This document shows, one piece after another, positions 37,756 to 50,687 of a stretch of DNA of 64,000 bases (position 1 is its first letter; every line of letters starts with the position of its first letter). Source of the DNA: Psilocybe cubensis (taxonomy: Eukaryota). The notes beneath the pieces are model-generated. The model had not been told where the DNA came from. It saw only the letters and a program-made list of their open reading frames with translations, and searched no databases. A program made the position numbers and the translations under genes. The stretch covers positions 310,001 to 374,000 of the forward strand of contig CM039002.1 of NCBI GenBank assembly GCA_017499595.2. The letters are read 5' to 3'.

Positions 37756-40700
37756 GATGATGTGTCCCGGTGGTCCTGAAGAGGATGTATGACAAAGGAG
37801 GGCGGGAGGGGATATGAACGAAATCCAAACCGAAGAGGTTCGAGTCAGAAACCGACGAGCATTCGTTGGGATATTATATAGGATGGTATGAGATGTGAAG
37901 GAATAGCAGAGGAATTGGCTGATACGGTTAATTTAGACGTAGATAGATCTGAAAGGATGGATCTGGGAAAATTGCAGATCTAATCTGGAGAGACTGGAGA
38001 AAGATGAGTCAGTTAAACAAAAAGAAAAGACTTCTCGAGACCTACAGTCGGAAGTGACCCCCGGGAAAGTGTATACTTGACATTTGGCGGCCACTTTTCT
38101 TTTGTTTCGGGCAGTCTAGGCGGGATAAAGGAAGCCAGCAGCGCGGCCGGAAGTTTTGTCCTTGTTGTTTCTCGGTGCACAGCTTTTTTGTTGTTTTTGT
38201 TGTCACTCTTTTGTTGTTGCCGAATCCGAACCGACGTTGATGGGTGATACTCACGGTCTGCCTGCAGGCAATACAGAAATGAGAAGGAAGGAGGGAAACT
38301 ATCGGCTTTCTATCTTAATACGTGCAAGACAATAGGCTGTCCGCCAATTATGAACCCAATCATGTGCTACCGAGAACAAAAAGGGCGGGATGGTGGGAAT
38401 CGGCCACATTCCCTTTCTGGGATTGCAAGACAATTAGAGATACTGGGTGTCGTATGGTTTGGCGCTTACATTCACTCGTAGACAAAAGACAGAGGAGTAT
38501 CAATCTACACTCTCGAGGAAAACCGTGGGTCTGATATTAGGATAAGCATTTGCCCTGTTTTCCCCCACTAATTCAACTTGATTCGTATCATGTTCATGGC
38601 ATCACTCGACGCTCGATTCTCTATTCTTGTTGGGTTCGGAGCCATGAGCGACGGAATATGCCCTGTAATCTTATTTTCTCCCTGAATACCCTGGTCGTTC
38701 CTTGCATTTGATGACGTTTGGTACCCGACGGCTATTTTTGATACCCCAGCATGCTCGCCAGGCGCCGGCGAGCCCTGAGATCAGTAACAATTAGTCGCCC
38801 ACGTCCACAGGACCACATTCTACTACTTGCATCCTTAGATGTTAGCCTATCCAGTGACTCAATGAGGTATTCTATGAAGCGATGTATTTATGCGACCATC
38901 TCCTTGTGTGACGAGTGTATCGCCCTATTCCATCACATCCACAAGTCTTTGATCCACGATTATGTGACTTAACAAAAGCCAACAAACATAGCCAGTGAAG
39001 CATTCCTTCACCGTCAACCTTACAAAAAGGGTGAAATTGGACAGTCTTCTGACTGCCGAGTGCAGTCTCTTGATTGGATGCTTATTCAATGCACTGATAA
39101 TGTCGGATAATGATTGTGAAGTGATATTATTACCCAATGATGAGGCGCATTAAAAATATCGTCTTTTTTGGTACGTCACTGAGCAGTGAAAATACCCGAA
39201 AGCATCGCATACACGTTTCATTCAAGACCTGAGAATCATCATCAGAGGTCTGTGCTTTGTCCAAGAATGTGCTACTCTGTGGACCGGGATATACACGCCA
39301 CTGTGACTACTATGATCGAGGACATACAAGTTCCTCACCTTTCATGGATGGTGCCCTTAGTATCATGCATAGCCGCATTGTCCTAGTCCCTGACAGAAAG
39401 GCGCCGATATGAGCCAAAAAGGGGCAAATATGGAGGGTAAGTTCCGTCGGAGCCCTTTGGATGCCGGTCATCATTTAATGGACCCACAGATATCGTAAGC
39501 TAATACGACCGTTATATGCACATCGCATGTAGTGCCCCGCCGTTGTTTTTAGCGTTGTGTGCTAATCACACACATTGTTAAAAAAAGACAGCGTCGACAA
39601 TGCTGCGCTGATGTATAGTAACTACCGCTTTAACCTCTCTCAGCGTCACGGATTCTGTGATACGATATACTCGCATTCATCATCTCAAAACTTTATGGAT
39701 GTAGCTATGCAAGCTATGCCCTGGGGATCAAATAACTCTGCCTCAGATTAGGAAATACAGGCACAAACCGAGCATGATTCTTTACTCGTAATCCCCATTC
39801 GGTTGGTCAACGGCAGTGATCTTGAAAATTTTGATGAATTTTAAAAATTCCTGCTATGCCTTGTTCTCGAATAGGATAATTAACACCTAAGACGAGAGAT
39901 GCTCTATCTTATATATCAGGCCCACAAACTATGAGGAGCACTGTGGATCAAAGAAAAACGCCACTGGGTCATCTTCATCGGGGTTCTGAAATAACTCATG
40001 ACATACCACAGCTTTGGGTCCCTAATTGAGCTTAACGTCTCCTTCAAGATAAATTGCCTTTGATGGGTTGAGTGAAAACTCCATGAGGGGATAGCAATAC
40101 GGAATTAAGTTCTGTGGCACCAGAAACGCAAGTTGGCAGAAACCAATAAAACTTAGCCAATTCGTCTCCGGACCTGCATCAAATTGGGTAAGAAATACCG
40201 CCTCGTGCAGTGTATGTCTTTGTTCTCAAAGCGCTTTGGCGCGATTTATATCAACCCACGGTGTGAAAGAACGACACGAGCGCTCAAAAGACGCCCAAAT
40301 TCAGCGTCAAAGTGCGAGGTTTACAATTTTATCGCAGCTTCGAAACGCAGCAAGCGCTAGAGAATAGCTTCGCTTGTATGTTTCGCATCATTTTCTCGTG
40401 CCAGGGATTTATATCGGTTCGTCACAGTTTTAAACTTGAAACCTTGTATTGTGATCTCCCACCTCTCCGGATCCAGCGTCAACGTGGGTACAAGAAAAGA
40501 TCGCATTGGTCTGTCAATATATGACAGTATATTTTGATGAAAGTTAAACAAAGAACACTCCTCGCTTAAAAAACTATCAGCCAACAATTCAGGACATAAA
40601 ATTGTAATACGAATATTCATAATCAGCCCTTATTGATCTGGAAAGCTCATGATCAGGGCTTGTCGTTGTACAAGTACCCCTGAGTGAAAACAAACTACTT

Positions 40701-42695
40701 TGGACACTTCAGAAATTTATGTCTTCTATCCGTTTTTACCTTCATTGCAAAGATGAAGTTCAATAAATTCCCTCAAAGCTGTTCAGTTTGAGGAGTCGTA
40801 TATTAGTATTAACAACGATACGTACAAAGTTACAGTCTAGTGAGAAAAAATTGTGTTGTAAAGTGGCCACATCAACGCGTAAAATTGGGAATCAAAATAC
40901 GAATCAAATATCAAACTTGGGTCTAGCTAGCCTCTCGATCAGCACTTATGATTGTCGTCCAATTGATGAGAGAAATTCCATCGACATCAACTCAAAACAT
41001 GATTGAAAAACTAGATCGACAACAAGTTCCCATCTGGACTCACATTCGTCAGGAATAGAAAGTCAAACCTACGTCCGGAGACGATCTTGTGGTTGTTTCC
41101 AAGTCTTCTCATACCAAGCCTTGTAAAATTATATGGCTCCAGCGAAGACGAGTTACATACAAAAGAAGATACTGCCATTTGTAAAAAGAAGCTTTTGAAG
41201 GGCTGGAAGGCGGAGAGTTTTGAAATGGGTTCAGAGAGCGCGCGGCTGCGCACGGCAGTATACCCGGTGATAGCCGTATTACGTAATTTGCTCACCATCT
41301 CGTCGAGCTCACGTCGCGGGGTGCCTTTTGACCTCTCCTCTATTCTCGACGTCTTCATACCAGTTCCTGTTATTCCACTGCTCCACATCATCAGGTATGT
41401 ATGACCTGGGCCACTTTAACAGCTCGATTGTGTGCTCTGTTGTTGACAGACGACAACTGTTGTCGCTGGCTCCCCTGAACGAAGGACACAAAGATGTAGA
41501 GTTGAAGCACAGAACTCCATGACGAATATCACTCAAGCTCAGTGCATCTGCCCGACAAAGTTGATAAGTGAGTACACTTGTCATTTTTTTTCTCATCGTT
41601 TGGAATCGTTCACGGGTTATCAACGTAGTAGATTTTCAATCGGATATCCTGAGCTTTTGCTTGTTGGATCTTGGTATTTCTGGCCAGGCCTTTCCAGAAG
41701 AGTGTAACTTTGCGTTTGCATCAACGTACAAACCACACACCATTTTTTAACACTCTAACCACCTAGATGAAATAACTGATTGTTAGGGGGTATGTGGCAA
41801 TGAGCGGGATCTTCGACGGGTGACCTTCCGATGTAAAGCATTACTTGCGATGGCGATGTGAGGTAAGTTTCAAACTATTGTACGTAACCCCGCTATATAT
41901 GCTAGACCTGTCTTCCATTGTCGATCTCCCTCATCAAACTATATTCCCCCCAAGTCAGATATTGCCAGACTATACGAAATATCTCAAGGCCTGTGTCACA
42001 AAATATGAAAACCCGCCTTCGTCGATACTTAGATGTCCAGAGGAAATGTTCTGGTGAATTTTATCTCTATCCCCCCCGGTGAGGCTTGCAATTTTGTTTG
42101 ATGACTTCGAGGTGAGTAGATATACTAAAGCTTCGCATTAGTTATTAGCCCGGCTGCCATTGTAGAAATTAGCTTTATCACATAAGCGGACTATCAATTT
42201 TTAAACTCATTATTGACTTCAAAAAGGAGGCTTACGCCAAGGATCAGCATGCAAAGAAACCAAGCTTTCGATTTGCAGACCATTTGAAGGATCTATTCGG
42301 GAGAATGAAATTTGGCGTTTACAGCAAGACGATTCGTGTTACCGTTATTCCTTCAAACGCTACATATCTTCGAGCGGAGTCTCTAAACGCCGGATACAAA
42401 TTCTTGCATACAATTCTAAAGGTTGGTTCTGAACTATCTTCAAACTATTCACGCACACTTTAGCGTAACTTTGTACCAGCTGGCAGTGGTCTTTTTGTTA
42501 GATTGGTACTACAAAATGACATGGAAATACGCCGATACTCATGGAGTTTAGTATAATTTAATCACGTTCGTTGGAGACATCTTTGGAGACAGAATTGCCA
42601 GAACGCATATATAAACAGTTCGACACTGGCGGAAGATTGCAGTGAAAAGACGACTCCCAACAATTTCAACTCTTCTTTTCCTTTGCGCTTCATCG

Positions 42696-43539
42696 ATGCA
42701 ATTCTTTACTCTCTCGAGCTTTGTTGCTATCAGCAGCATTATTACTAATGTCGCCGCGCATTATGCACCTGTCAACACCACTGGATCAGACCCTATCTGG
42801 AGCTTTCCGTATCAATTGTCGTTAAAGTTCGTAGTGGTATAAGCTGAAATAATTTTCTCGTTACTGACTTGATTTTCAGTGGAGGAGCATTGAAAACAGA
42901 TCCATCTATCAGTTTTGTGAACGACACACTTCACTCGACTTTCAATCTCACCGACTCCTTCACGGTCGCAGGGTGGCTTAGGGCCACCGGCACAACCGAT
43001 TGGCGCACTTTTTTCGCATTCGAGTCTAACGATATCAATACATCGCTCCTCAACTTCGCTCTTGCACCTAACACCATGCAACTTTACTTTGCCTACATGG
43101 TGGATAATGTAGTGAACAATCGCATCAATGTCTTCGCCCCAGTGACCGCGCCCGGACCCAACGTCGATTTCCACTTTGCGTTAGCCAAGGATGGCAACCA
43201 GATTTACCTCTATCTCAACGGTGTTAAGGTTTTCAGTTACACCATGACCGCTCCGATCTATGATTCACCTATGGCAAGTCGCTATTTCGCGTTTTCTGTT
43301 CATGTTTATGACCTCTTGAGCCAGAAATACATTATTTTGGGAAGAACGAAATTCAACAATGTCGGCCAGGCTCAGTGGGAAGGGATAATTCACGGGGTCG
43401 ATGTATTCGACAAAGCACTGACCCCTGTAAGTGTGCATTATCAGATTAAATCGTCCCAACACCGAAGCTGAAGTTTTATTGCGTACAGTTTGAAGTTGGA
43501 CGTGAAATGGCTTTGACCGAGCGAGCAACATATGTGTAA
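42696..43539 (+). CDS. Secreted LamG/concanavalin A-like (Laminin_G_3) domain protein
   Basis: Signal peptide MQFFTLSSFVAISSIITNVAA; SFTVAGWLR...HFALAKDGNQIYLYLNG...IILGR...WEGIIHGVDVFDKALTP. Introns include a probable in-frame GC-AG intron 43274-43324 and 43427-43488. Confidence 0.8.
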
Positions 43540-44518
43540 AAATTTGCACACACCGGAGTTCCCTTGCGTAAGATTTTACGTTGCCAAGTAGATTTGTACC
43601 GAAAAGATGTGAGAAAATAACAGAAAATAACAATGTTGAGAATCTGAATGGGTTTATAGTCAGTTGTATTGAGAAGTATATCATCCAGTGCAGGTTCTCA
43701 GAGATTGAGAACAACGTACCAGCCACATGTCTTCCGTCACACTCACGCAACCTTTGAATCATGGCTGGGAACCGTGGGTACACAAGAAACTAATAAATCT
43801 GGCAGTCCGGACGGCGAGAAAACTTTCCGTAGAAAATGGCTTATCATTAGAGGGAGAAAGTGCAAAGAACGGCACGCCAACACTGGTCACGGTCACACCT
43901 GAGTAAATGTATTATGTAATCGCGCAGCACTGGTCACGTCCGCTCTTGTTTTGGTTCTTGACGGTCAAACTCAAATTTGGTGCTCACTCAGTACTCAAGT
44001 ACTCAACTTCGGCCTCGTCAGTATCTATGCTCGTCGTTCGAGGTATTTAGGTGAGTCTGACTGTATATATTGATTCACTCAAAGTTACACACGTTACTCA
44101 GGATCATACCCAACTCTAGTTGCAGTGGCACGTACTAGTCTGTGGCGACGCTGCTCAATCCAGATTCCCGCATAATGCATAACTGGATGTGTACACTTTC
44201 CCGCTGCAACTATATCAAAAGATCTTATTTTGTATCTGCCATTCAGTAGAGGCTGATTCCCGGTATGTGGTTTTGTGTCAATGAAAATCTGCATTTTAGT
44301 AATTTTCATTTTCTACGCCGACAAGCAGGGGTAGCTATCGCTCAGAGTATTGTCCGCCTAGCCAGTTTAATCGAATAACTCAATTGGTCCCAGAATCTAC
44401 TGAGAATCTAGATCACCATATACAATGTAAGAAACATTTTCACAAATTTACATCTTGTTAGGAAATTATTGAACTTTGATAGATGGCCGCTGGCACCTAT
44501 AGACGAGAGAAGAGATTT

Positions 44519-47188
44519 TCAAACTAAAGATATGAAGGCAATCACACATGATGCACAGACAACAAGGAGCACTACCGCATACCGTTGATACCGCTGGATA
44601 GCAATTTGCATGGATTGTAAGTCTTTCACAGATCTCTCTGCTTCTTTTGATGACAGCTTGCTGAGCAGAGAAATTGCTCTATTATACGCTTCTTTACCCT
44701 TGTTAAAGCGTAAAAGGCAGTAATGGATCCTACTTTCTTGCTTCAAACACAATCCTTCCATCAAATTGTTGTCCATATGCGCAAACATTGACTCTGCGCG
44801 GCAGAACAGTGCCAATGCGCGGCCCGCCCTCCAGCGTTTTGCATTTGTTAAGGCGAGTTGGTATATACAATATCCCATCTGTGCGTCGTTCCTTAACGTT
44901 CGAAAACTCTCAAATGCTTCCATTATGCCTTTTTCAGCTTCATCGAATTCGCCTTGCATGTGATGCGCAATGGATTTCTGGTAAATCGAAATCGCCGCCT
45001 CTCTGAGTGGGCCATGTTTTTTATAATATTCTGCTGCGTCTGACAAGAGCAGGATTGCCTGTGCCGGGTCGCGATTTCTGAGTATTCTCCCCAATTCCCG
45101 TTTGTAATCCGCCTCGCATGAGGGTACGTCGTTGGCCGAGCAGATATACTTGATTTTGTTCAGTTCATTCAATGCTTCATCGAAATCATTCTGCTCAAAA
45201 TGCACGATTGCCAGCCCGCGCTGGATTGCTATTCGTCTGCGTGGCTCGATTCCAGAGTGGCTCTGTGCGCTGCGATAGAGGGCTATTGCTGCCTTGTGAT
45301 TAGCTCGATGGATGCGATAAATTTGTGCCAGTTCACTTTCAATCTCGGCAGTCCAATCTGGTAGCTTTAAAGGATCGCAACTCCTCAATGCCTCCTGTAG
45401 CGCGTTCTCCGCCTCTGTGTAGTGGTCCAGTCGACAGTGCAATACTCCCAGACGAAGCAACGCAAGTGGATACATGGGATGTTGTATGATTTCTTTGTCT
45501 GCCTTGGGATTCGCGTCTGGTTCAAGAGATGTGACCTCCAAACTCTCACGCATCACTGGCTTCACTGGCATCCCCAAATCTCCACGGCCACGATGATCCT
45601 GCCGTTTTTGCATGAGATCGACTATCTTCTGTGCAATCTCTGTCTTCGGCGTATTCCATATGAGATAATTACAGTATCTCAAACCAATTTCGACTGCTGT
45701 ATCGAAATCCCTTTCTTCCGCATCTTCGTTTAGCATCCCAAAAAGAACACTCTCTGCATTGGTATATTCATTCGATAAGCGCTCAGCACACTCCAGGAAA
45801 TTCGGGTTTCCGGGGTCATTTCCTGCAGCGCAGATAAGTTGGAAGTAAAACGCCCTAATGTTCACTTCGTGCTGTGCATTGAGGGGGTAATTCTCTACCA
45901 TATGCTTGCGTACAGTGGAGTGCATTTGCAGAACTCGGTCATCCGGTTTTCCTGTGGGGGCGTTTTCTTCGTGTAACAAGTAAGTTTGTCGGAGAACATC
46001 TTCAACGTCATCCACATTCGGGATTCCAGGAGCTATTTCTCGAATATTTTTTATTCTTATCCCCCCAGGCAGACATGCGATTATCCGTAGGAGTGCGATC
46101 GCTGCGGGGTGATGTTTCAGCAGGGGACCTTCGAGCGACATTTCGATCGAAGTGGCAAGGCCTTTTTTTACTCGGTCACCTCCTAGAAGTAACTTCCTGG
46201 CAGGGTTTACGCTTTGCTGTCCGTTCCTCCACCTTTGCAAAATCCTAGAGGTGGTATACGATTCCTGTGCCAAACTAGCCATAAGAACAATGGGTAGAGG
46301 TAGATAGTTGATAGCTGCAAGCAGCTCATCCAAGCTGTCATCGATGGCGTTCTTTGGACACTTGGACTGGAATAAATCTCTAGCTGCCTCGGATGATAGT
46401 GGCTGCAGTGTATCGAATGGTAGCCACGAGACTCCCAAGTGGACAGCAGGGGGGTAAGCAAACCGTGTGGTGATAATGATAAGGAGCTGCGTGTAGCGGG
46501 CTAAAACCTTTATAATATTGGCAACGTCTTCTCCTGCCTCCACGGGCCCCCACATAGTTTCAAAATTGTCGAATACGATGATGCGGGGTATGCAGTTCCT
46601 CTTCAGGAAGTACTCGATGTCGTTTAGGCGGTTATTTGAAGCTGAAAGATCCAAATTCAGGCTTTTTGACGTGTACTCCAGTAATGTTTGACCCTTGAGG
46701 TTGTGTTCGATACTTGATGCTTTTTGACAGCTCACCCAGTGCCTTGCGTCGCCGAAAAAGTCAACAATGCGGGAGTCATGAATAATTTTGTTTGCGAGCG
46801 TTGTTTTCCCTAAACCATGGCCACCTTTGATGGGTATATGTTTTCTAGATTCGGATTTTGACTTGAATTGGGCCAGGATTCCGTTTACAACCAGTTCATC
46901 GACCAGTTCATCACGACCGTATACATCGACAAGTGGTTCAGGAAATATTGGACCGGAACGAGAGGTATGATTTTGTTTGGGCCGGCTGACGGCGGCGTCT
47001 CTCAGACGCTCGTTTTGAAGGCGCGGAAAAAAAGTGATGTTGAAAACGTTGGTTGTTTGTGGACCATGCTGAACCTGTGAGTGTTTCAGTTAGAGCAATC
47101 GAGGAGAAGACTTGCAACAAACCGTCTTAGCTACAAACTCGCCACCCTGTATAATTACGTTTTTAGCCCCTTCAAACATATGCGCCAT
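44519..47188 (-). CDS. Fungal NLR-like STAND NTPase (NB-ARC-like plus TPR), about 873 aa
   Basis: ATG 47188 and a 48-nt intron 47075-47122, then open to 44519. YGRDELV, Walker A GGHGLGKT, Walker B IIVFDNFET, IIITTR, YLPLPIVLMA, QMHSTVR (MHD-like), followed by TPR-like repeats. Confidence 0.9.
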
Positions 47189-47941
47189 TGCTAGAATTGA
47201 GACTGTTGGGGAAGAAAGTCTACCCTACCCTAATGGTGTCATGTTTTTATTGTACAGTGTTTGTTGTTCCCACCTCGTTGGAGACACGCTCTCCGAAGTA
47301 TATATACAAGCTTCCTCTATAAGCTTAGACTGTTGAAGAACTTGACGTGCAGTGCCAGAGAGCTGCGCACATCAAAGCTCCTCGGCGGAAATGAATGCGA
47401 ACAGAACTGGGCTCAAAAAGAATGTTCCAAGGATGTACATCACATTGATTTGCTATTTTTATTTGGAAGCCTTATGAGCGTTGTTTGCTCATTATTCGAA
47501 AGCCTTCGTCATTGTGGATTATGTCAAGTCAGAAAATACTTAGTTCTCTGAATCTTTGTGATCCCGATACTATTATCTATATACTATCATTACCACGTTT
47601 CGCCAAATACCGACTTAGTTTCGGAAAAAAATTTACTCGCATTGCTCTCATCTTTCCGTATCATACATCCAATGTGAATTACTTAGGCTCGGACAATAGT
47701 ACAAGCTCAAGTTTTACTTCTCTGAAATTATCACAAGTTTTTTAGGTGACATGATCGGCCCAGATTGATCCCGGATACATAGCCTCTCGTATCAAGAAGA
47801 CTGAAGAGGCCTACTTATGTATAAAGGGACGGGAAAATTTGGTCAGCAGCGGCTGAAAATCAAACATTGATTGATAGTAAACAAAGATAAAGGTCCTTGT
47901 TTTCAACTCTAAGCAAGGTTTGAATAGTCCATGCTTGGTTC

Positions 47942-49286
47942 ATGCCCGAGAACGCTCAAAAACCTGCAACAACACATTTCCCACCCGCCGGGGCAATCCT
48001 CGATAATGGGGCTCTAAAACTTGTTGAAGTACAGGGTCTTGGCATCTACCGAGCGCAACTAAGCCCCAGAGACAACAGACCGTATGCCGTCAGATGCCTG
48101 GTATTTCCTGACTCGCCTGGACATTGCAGGCAGATGCTCATACGAGGAGTTCTACTGCACCAACTTGCGTCGGATCACATTGGCATTGCTACCTTACATC
48201 GCGCCTTTAAGCAGGACGGCATGTTATGCGTGCTCTTGGAATCTGCTTCAGACGACTATATGTCCACCCAAATTTTCCAACGTGGCCGTTACCTTGGAGA
48301 CAACTTTCTCATCAAAGACATATTCCTCCAGTTAATAGACGCAGTCGAATACATCCATTCTCTCGGTATCTATCATCGAAACCTAAACCCAGCAAGCATT
48401 GTCACTTTTGAAGATGGCTTTCGTGTTGCAATTACTGACTTTGGGCAATCTACTACGTGGGAGACCCTTAGTGAGGAGTTTAACGTTGGCAATGTGTTCT
48501 ACATGGCTCCAGGTACCAATATTTAGGCCTGCTCACAGTTTTACGTATATAAACTGATTGCATGTTCAGGGTGCCATGGGGGACAGTTAGCACCAGAAGG
48601 TAGATACTACCCTCGGTTCAGCGATATTTGGTCTCTCGGCATCATCTTTCTCAACATAACGACTGGTCGTAACCCGTGGCGGTCTGCTACTCTCGATGAC
48701 CCCGCTTTCGCAGCTTACTTGCAAAACCCTTCGGGCTTTCTGGCATCTACCCTCCCTGTCTCCCGTCAGTTTATGGAACTGCTTGTCGAGATTCTCGCCA
48801 TTCACTCCGAATATGGCCAAACCGTGCGTGAACTCCGCATAGCCATTAAAAAGTTTCATAATTTCTACTCGGACATAGTCATGTTTGAAGACTGTATAGC
48901 CACTCTTGCAAGAAGGTCTGAATTCCCAGTATACATCTATGACGAGTTTCTTGATGTAAAGATGAATTCGTACCCCCGCACAAATTTGATACACAGGATT
49001 TCTGCCGCTGAGGTAGCTGCAAAGCTTGACTCAAGTGCTATGAATTCAAAGTAGTTGTCTCGAGCACTTGGTTGTTACTTCCGACTGATTTCACTATTCC
49101 AGTCAGACAAATTTGGCAGTTCAACGGGGTCGCCATACTACTCACTCAAATAATTCAATGCTCTCAATTGAGACAAACTTTTCCGACCCTTTCTCGAGTG
49201 TCGAAACATCCGACTACGGAATGTACTACACAAGACATGCGATTTCAGAAGATTCGATGGCACCTAATTATCCACGATTGACCTAA
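47942..49286 (+). CDS. Ran1/Sks1-like Ser/Thr kinase-fold protein, predicted pseudokinase
   Basis: IKDIFLQLIDAVEYIHSLGIYHRNLNPASI, ITDFG, DIWSLGIIFLNITTGRNPWRSAT..DPAFAAYL. Intron 48513-48569. The stop is 49054 if unspliced, or 49286 with a second intron about 49051-49101. Confidence 0.85.
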
Positions 49287-49365
49287 ACGGCTCAATATTA
49301 CATAGAGGGTTTAAAAATACATAAATAAGAGATATTACGTGTGTAGTACTAGTAGCCCACGTAAT

Positions 49366-50687
49366 TCAGACCATGCTTTTATTGTATTTATCCCCTATAT
49401 CATCTTCGCTGCGTTCCATCTTCAAAGTACTAGCAGCTATTTTTGATCCCACATCATCTCTACTTGACGAAGCATCAATGCCGAGGGTAGTAGCTGTGGG
49501 ACCCGACGCAGCGTGGAATTCGGAGTCGCCAATGACACTAGAAATGCTGTCGCGCGTCCCTGGTACAAGCTCGTAGTGGACAACAAGAACTATGAGGGTC
49601 GGGAGGATACCCTGAATGTAATATTCGTAAGTTATATCACTGTCCCATCTCATACCAACATCACGTACAGTGAGAGGGACTGTGATGTCCAAAATGACGT
49701 GAATTCCGGGACTGTGGACCTTGTCGACGACAATGCACACCATCTAGGTATTTTCGCATCAGTAGTTTAATAACGTATGTATAGTGTTTCTTACCATTGA
49801 CAATGCATAAAGAGCTCCAGACTCAATGATCATAAGGAGTACACGCTCGTATACATTCTGCTTCCCTCGAGGACCCAATGCCGACGAATCTTCAGCTGAA
49901 CTGGACCGTAGGTAACTGTAAAATGACATATTAACCCAAGATTTTAATAGCATCTGTAAAAGTAACTTGCATAATCCTTCCTGCAATGAGTGCTGTGCAA
50001 TATGCCGTGTTTGCAATGATAATAAAATTGGCGGGGTCCGATACGAATAGAAGTACTGCCGTTCCGTTAGAAACAACCGAAAATCGTACGGCTGATATCA
50101 CGATAGGTCATCAGAGAACTGTAATAAAAAAGGGAACAGATAACTTACCGGCTGCACCGATCATCAAGATGAAAGGGATAATTGTGGTCCAGTAGCTTCT
50201 TCCCCATACAGCGTAGACACGCCATATGAGAATAACATCACTGATCATAAACTATCACGAGAAGCCATGTCGTTAGAAGTTTAGCTGTACGCAGGTTGTC
50301 GTAACCCTACCTGTAGAGTAGCGAGAGATACGGCTGCCTTTGCTTCCCAAAGCTCAGTTCGTCCAAGTGACAACCTCTGAATAAGAGCAGCCAAGTGCAA
50401 GGTTGAGACAATCCACATCAGGATGCTGGCCCCAAACATAACTTGCATTATCCTGGCTAGCTTCTTAGCAGTTCTACAAAATGATTCTACATTAAACGGG
50501 TCTACGGCGAGAGCAATAATGCTTACAGCAAAATCCAAATGACGACAAGAATCAAGAGCGACAAAGCGCCTTCAAGCTTCATGTTAATTTTTTGACCGAA
50601 GTGAGAGAAATTCAGGGACTCGCCATAAAGTGCAGCCTCGCATAGATCTGCAACGTAGTTGAGCTGGTTGACGTTCATGGTACCCAT
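49366..50687 (-). CDS. Multi-pass (about 7TM) membrane protein, same broad family as 1444-2769
   Basis: MGTMNVNQLNYVADLCEAALYG, probable GC-AG first intron, STLHLA, SDVILIWRVYAVWGR, MIIESGALY, GILPTLIVLVV, polar tail. Confidence 0.78.

Noticed and set aside
39900-42470. Possible NLR effector or pseudogene downstream of the NLR/LamG genes
   Set aside because: Only short broken frames; no HeLo-like domain or matching amyloid motif is visible.
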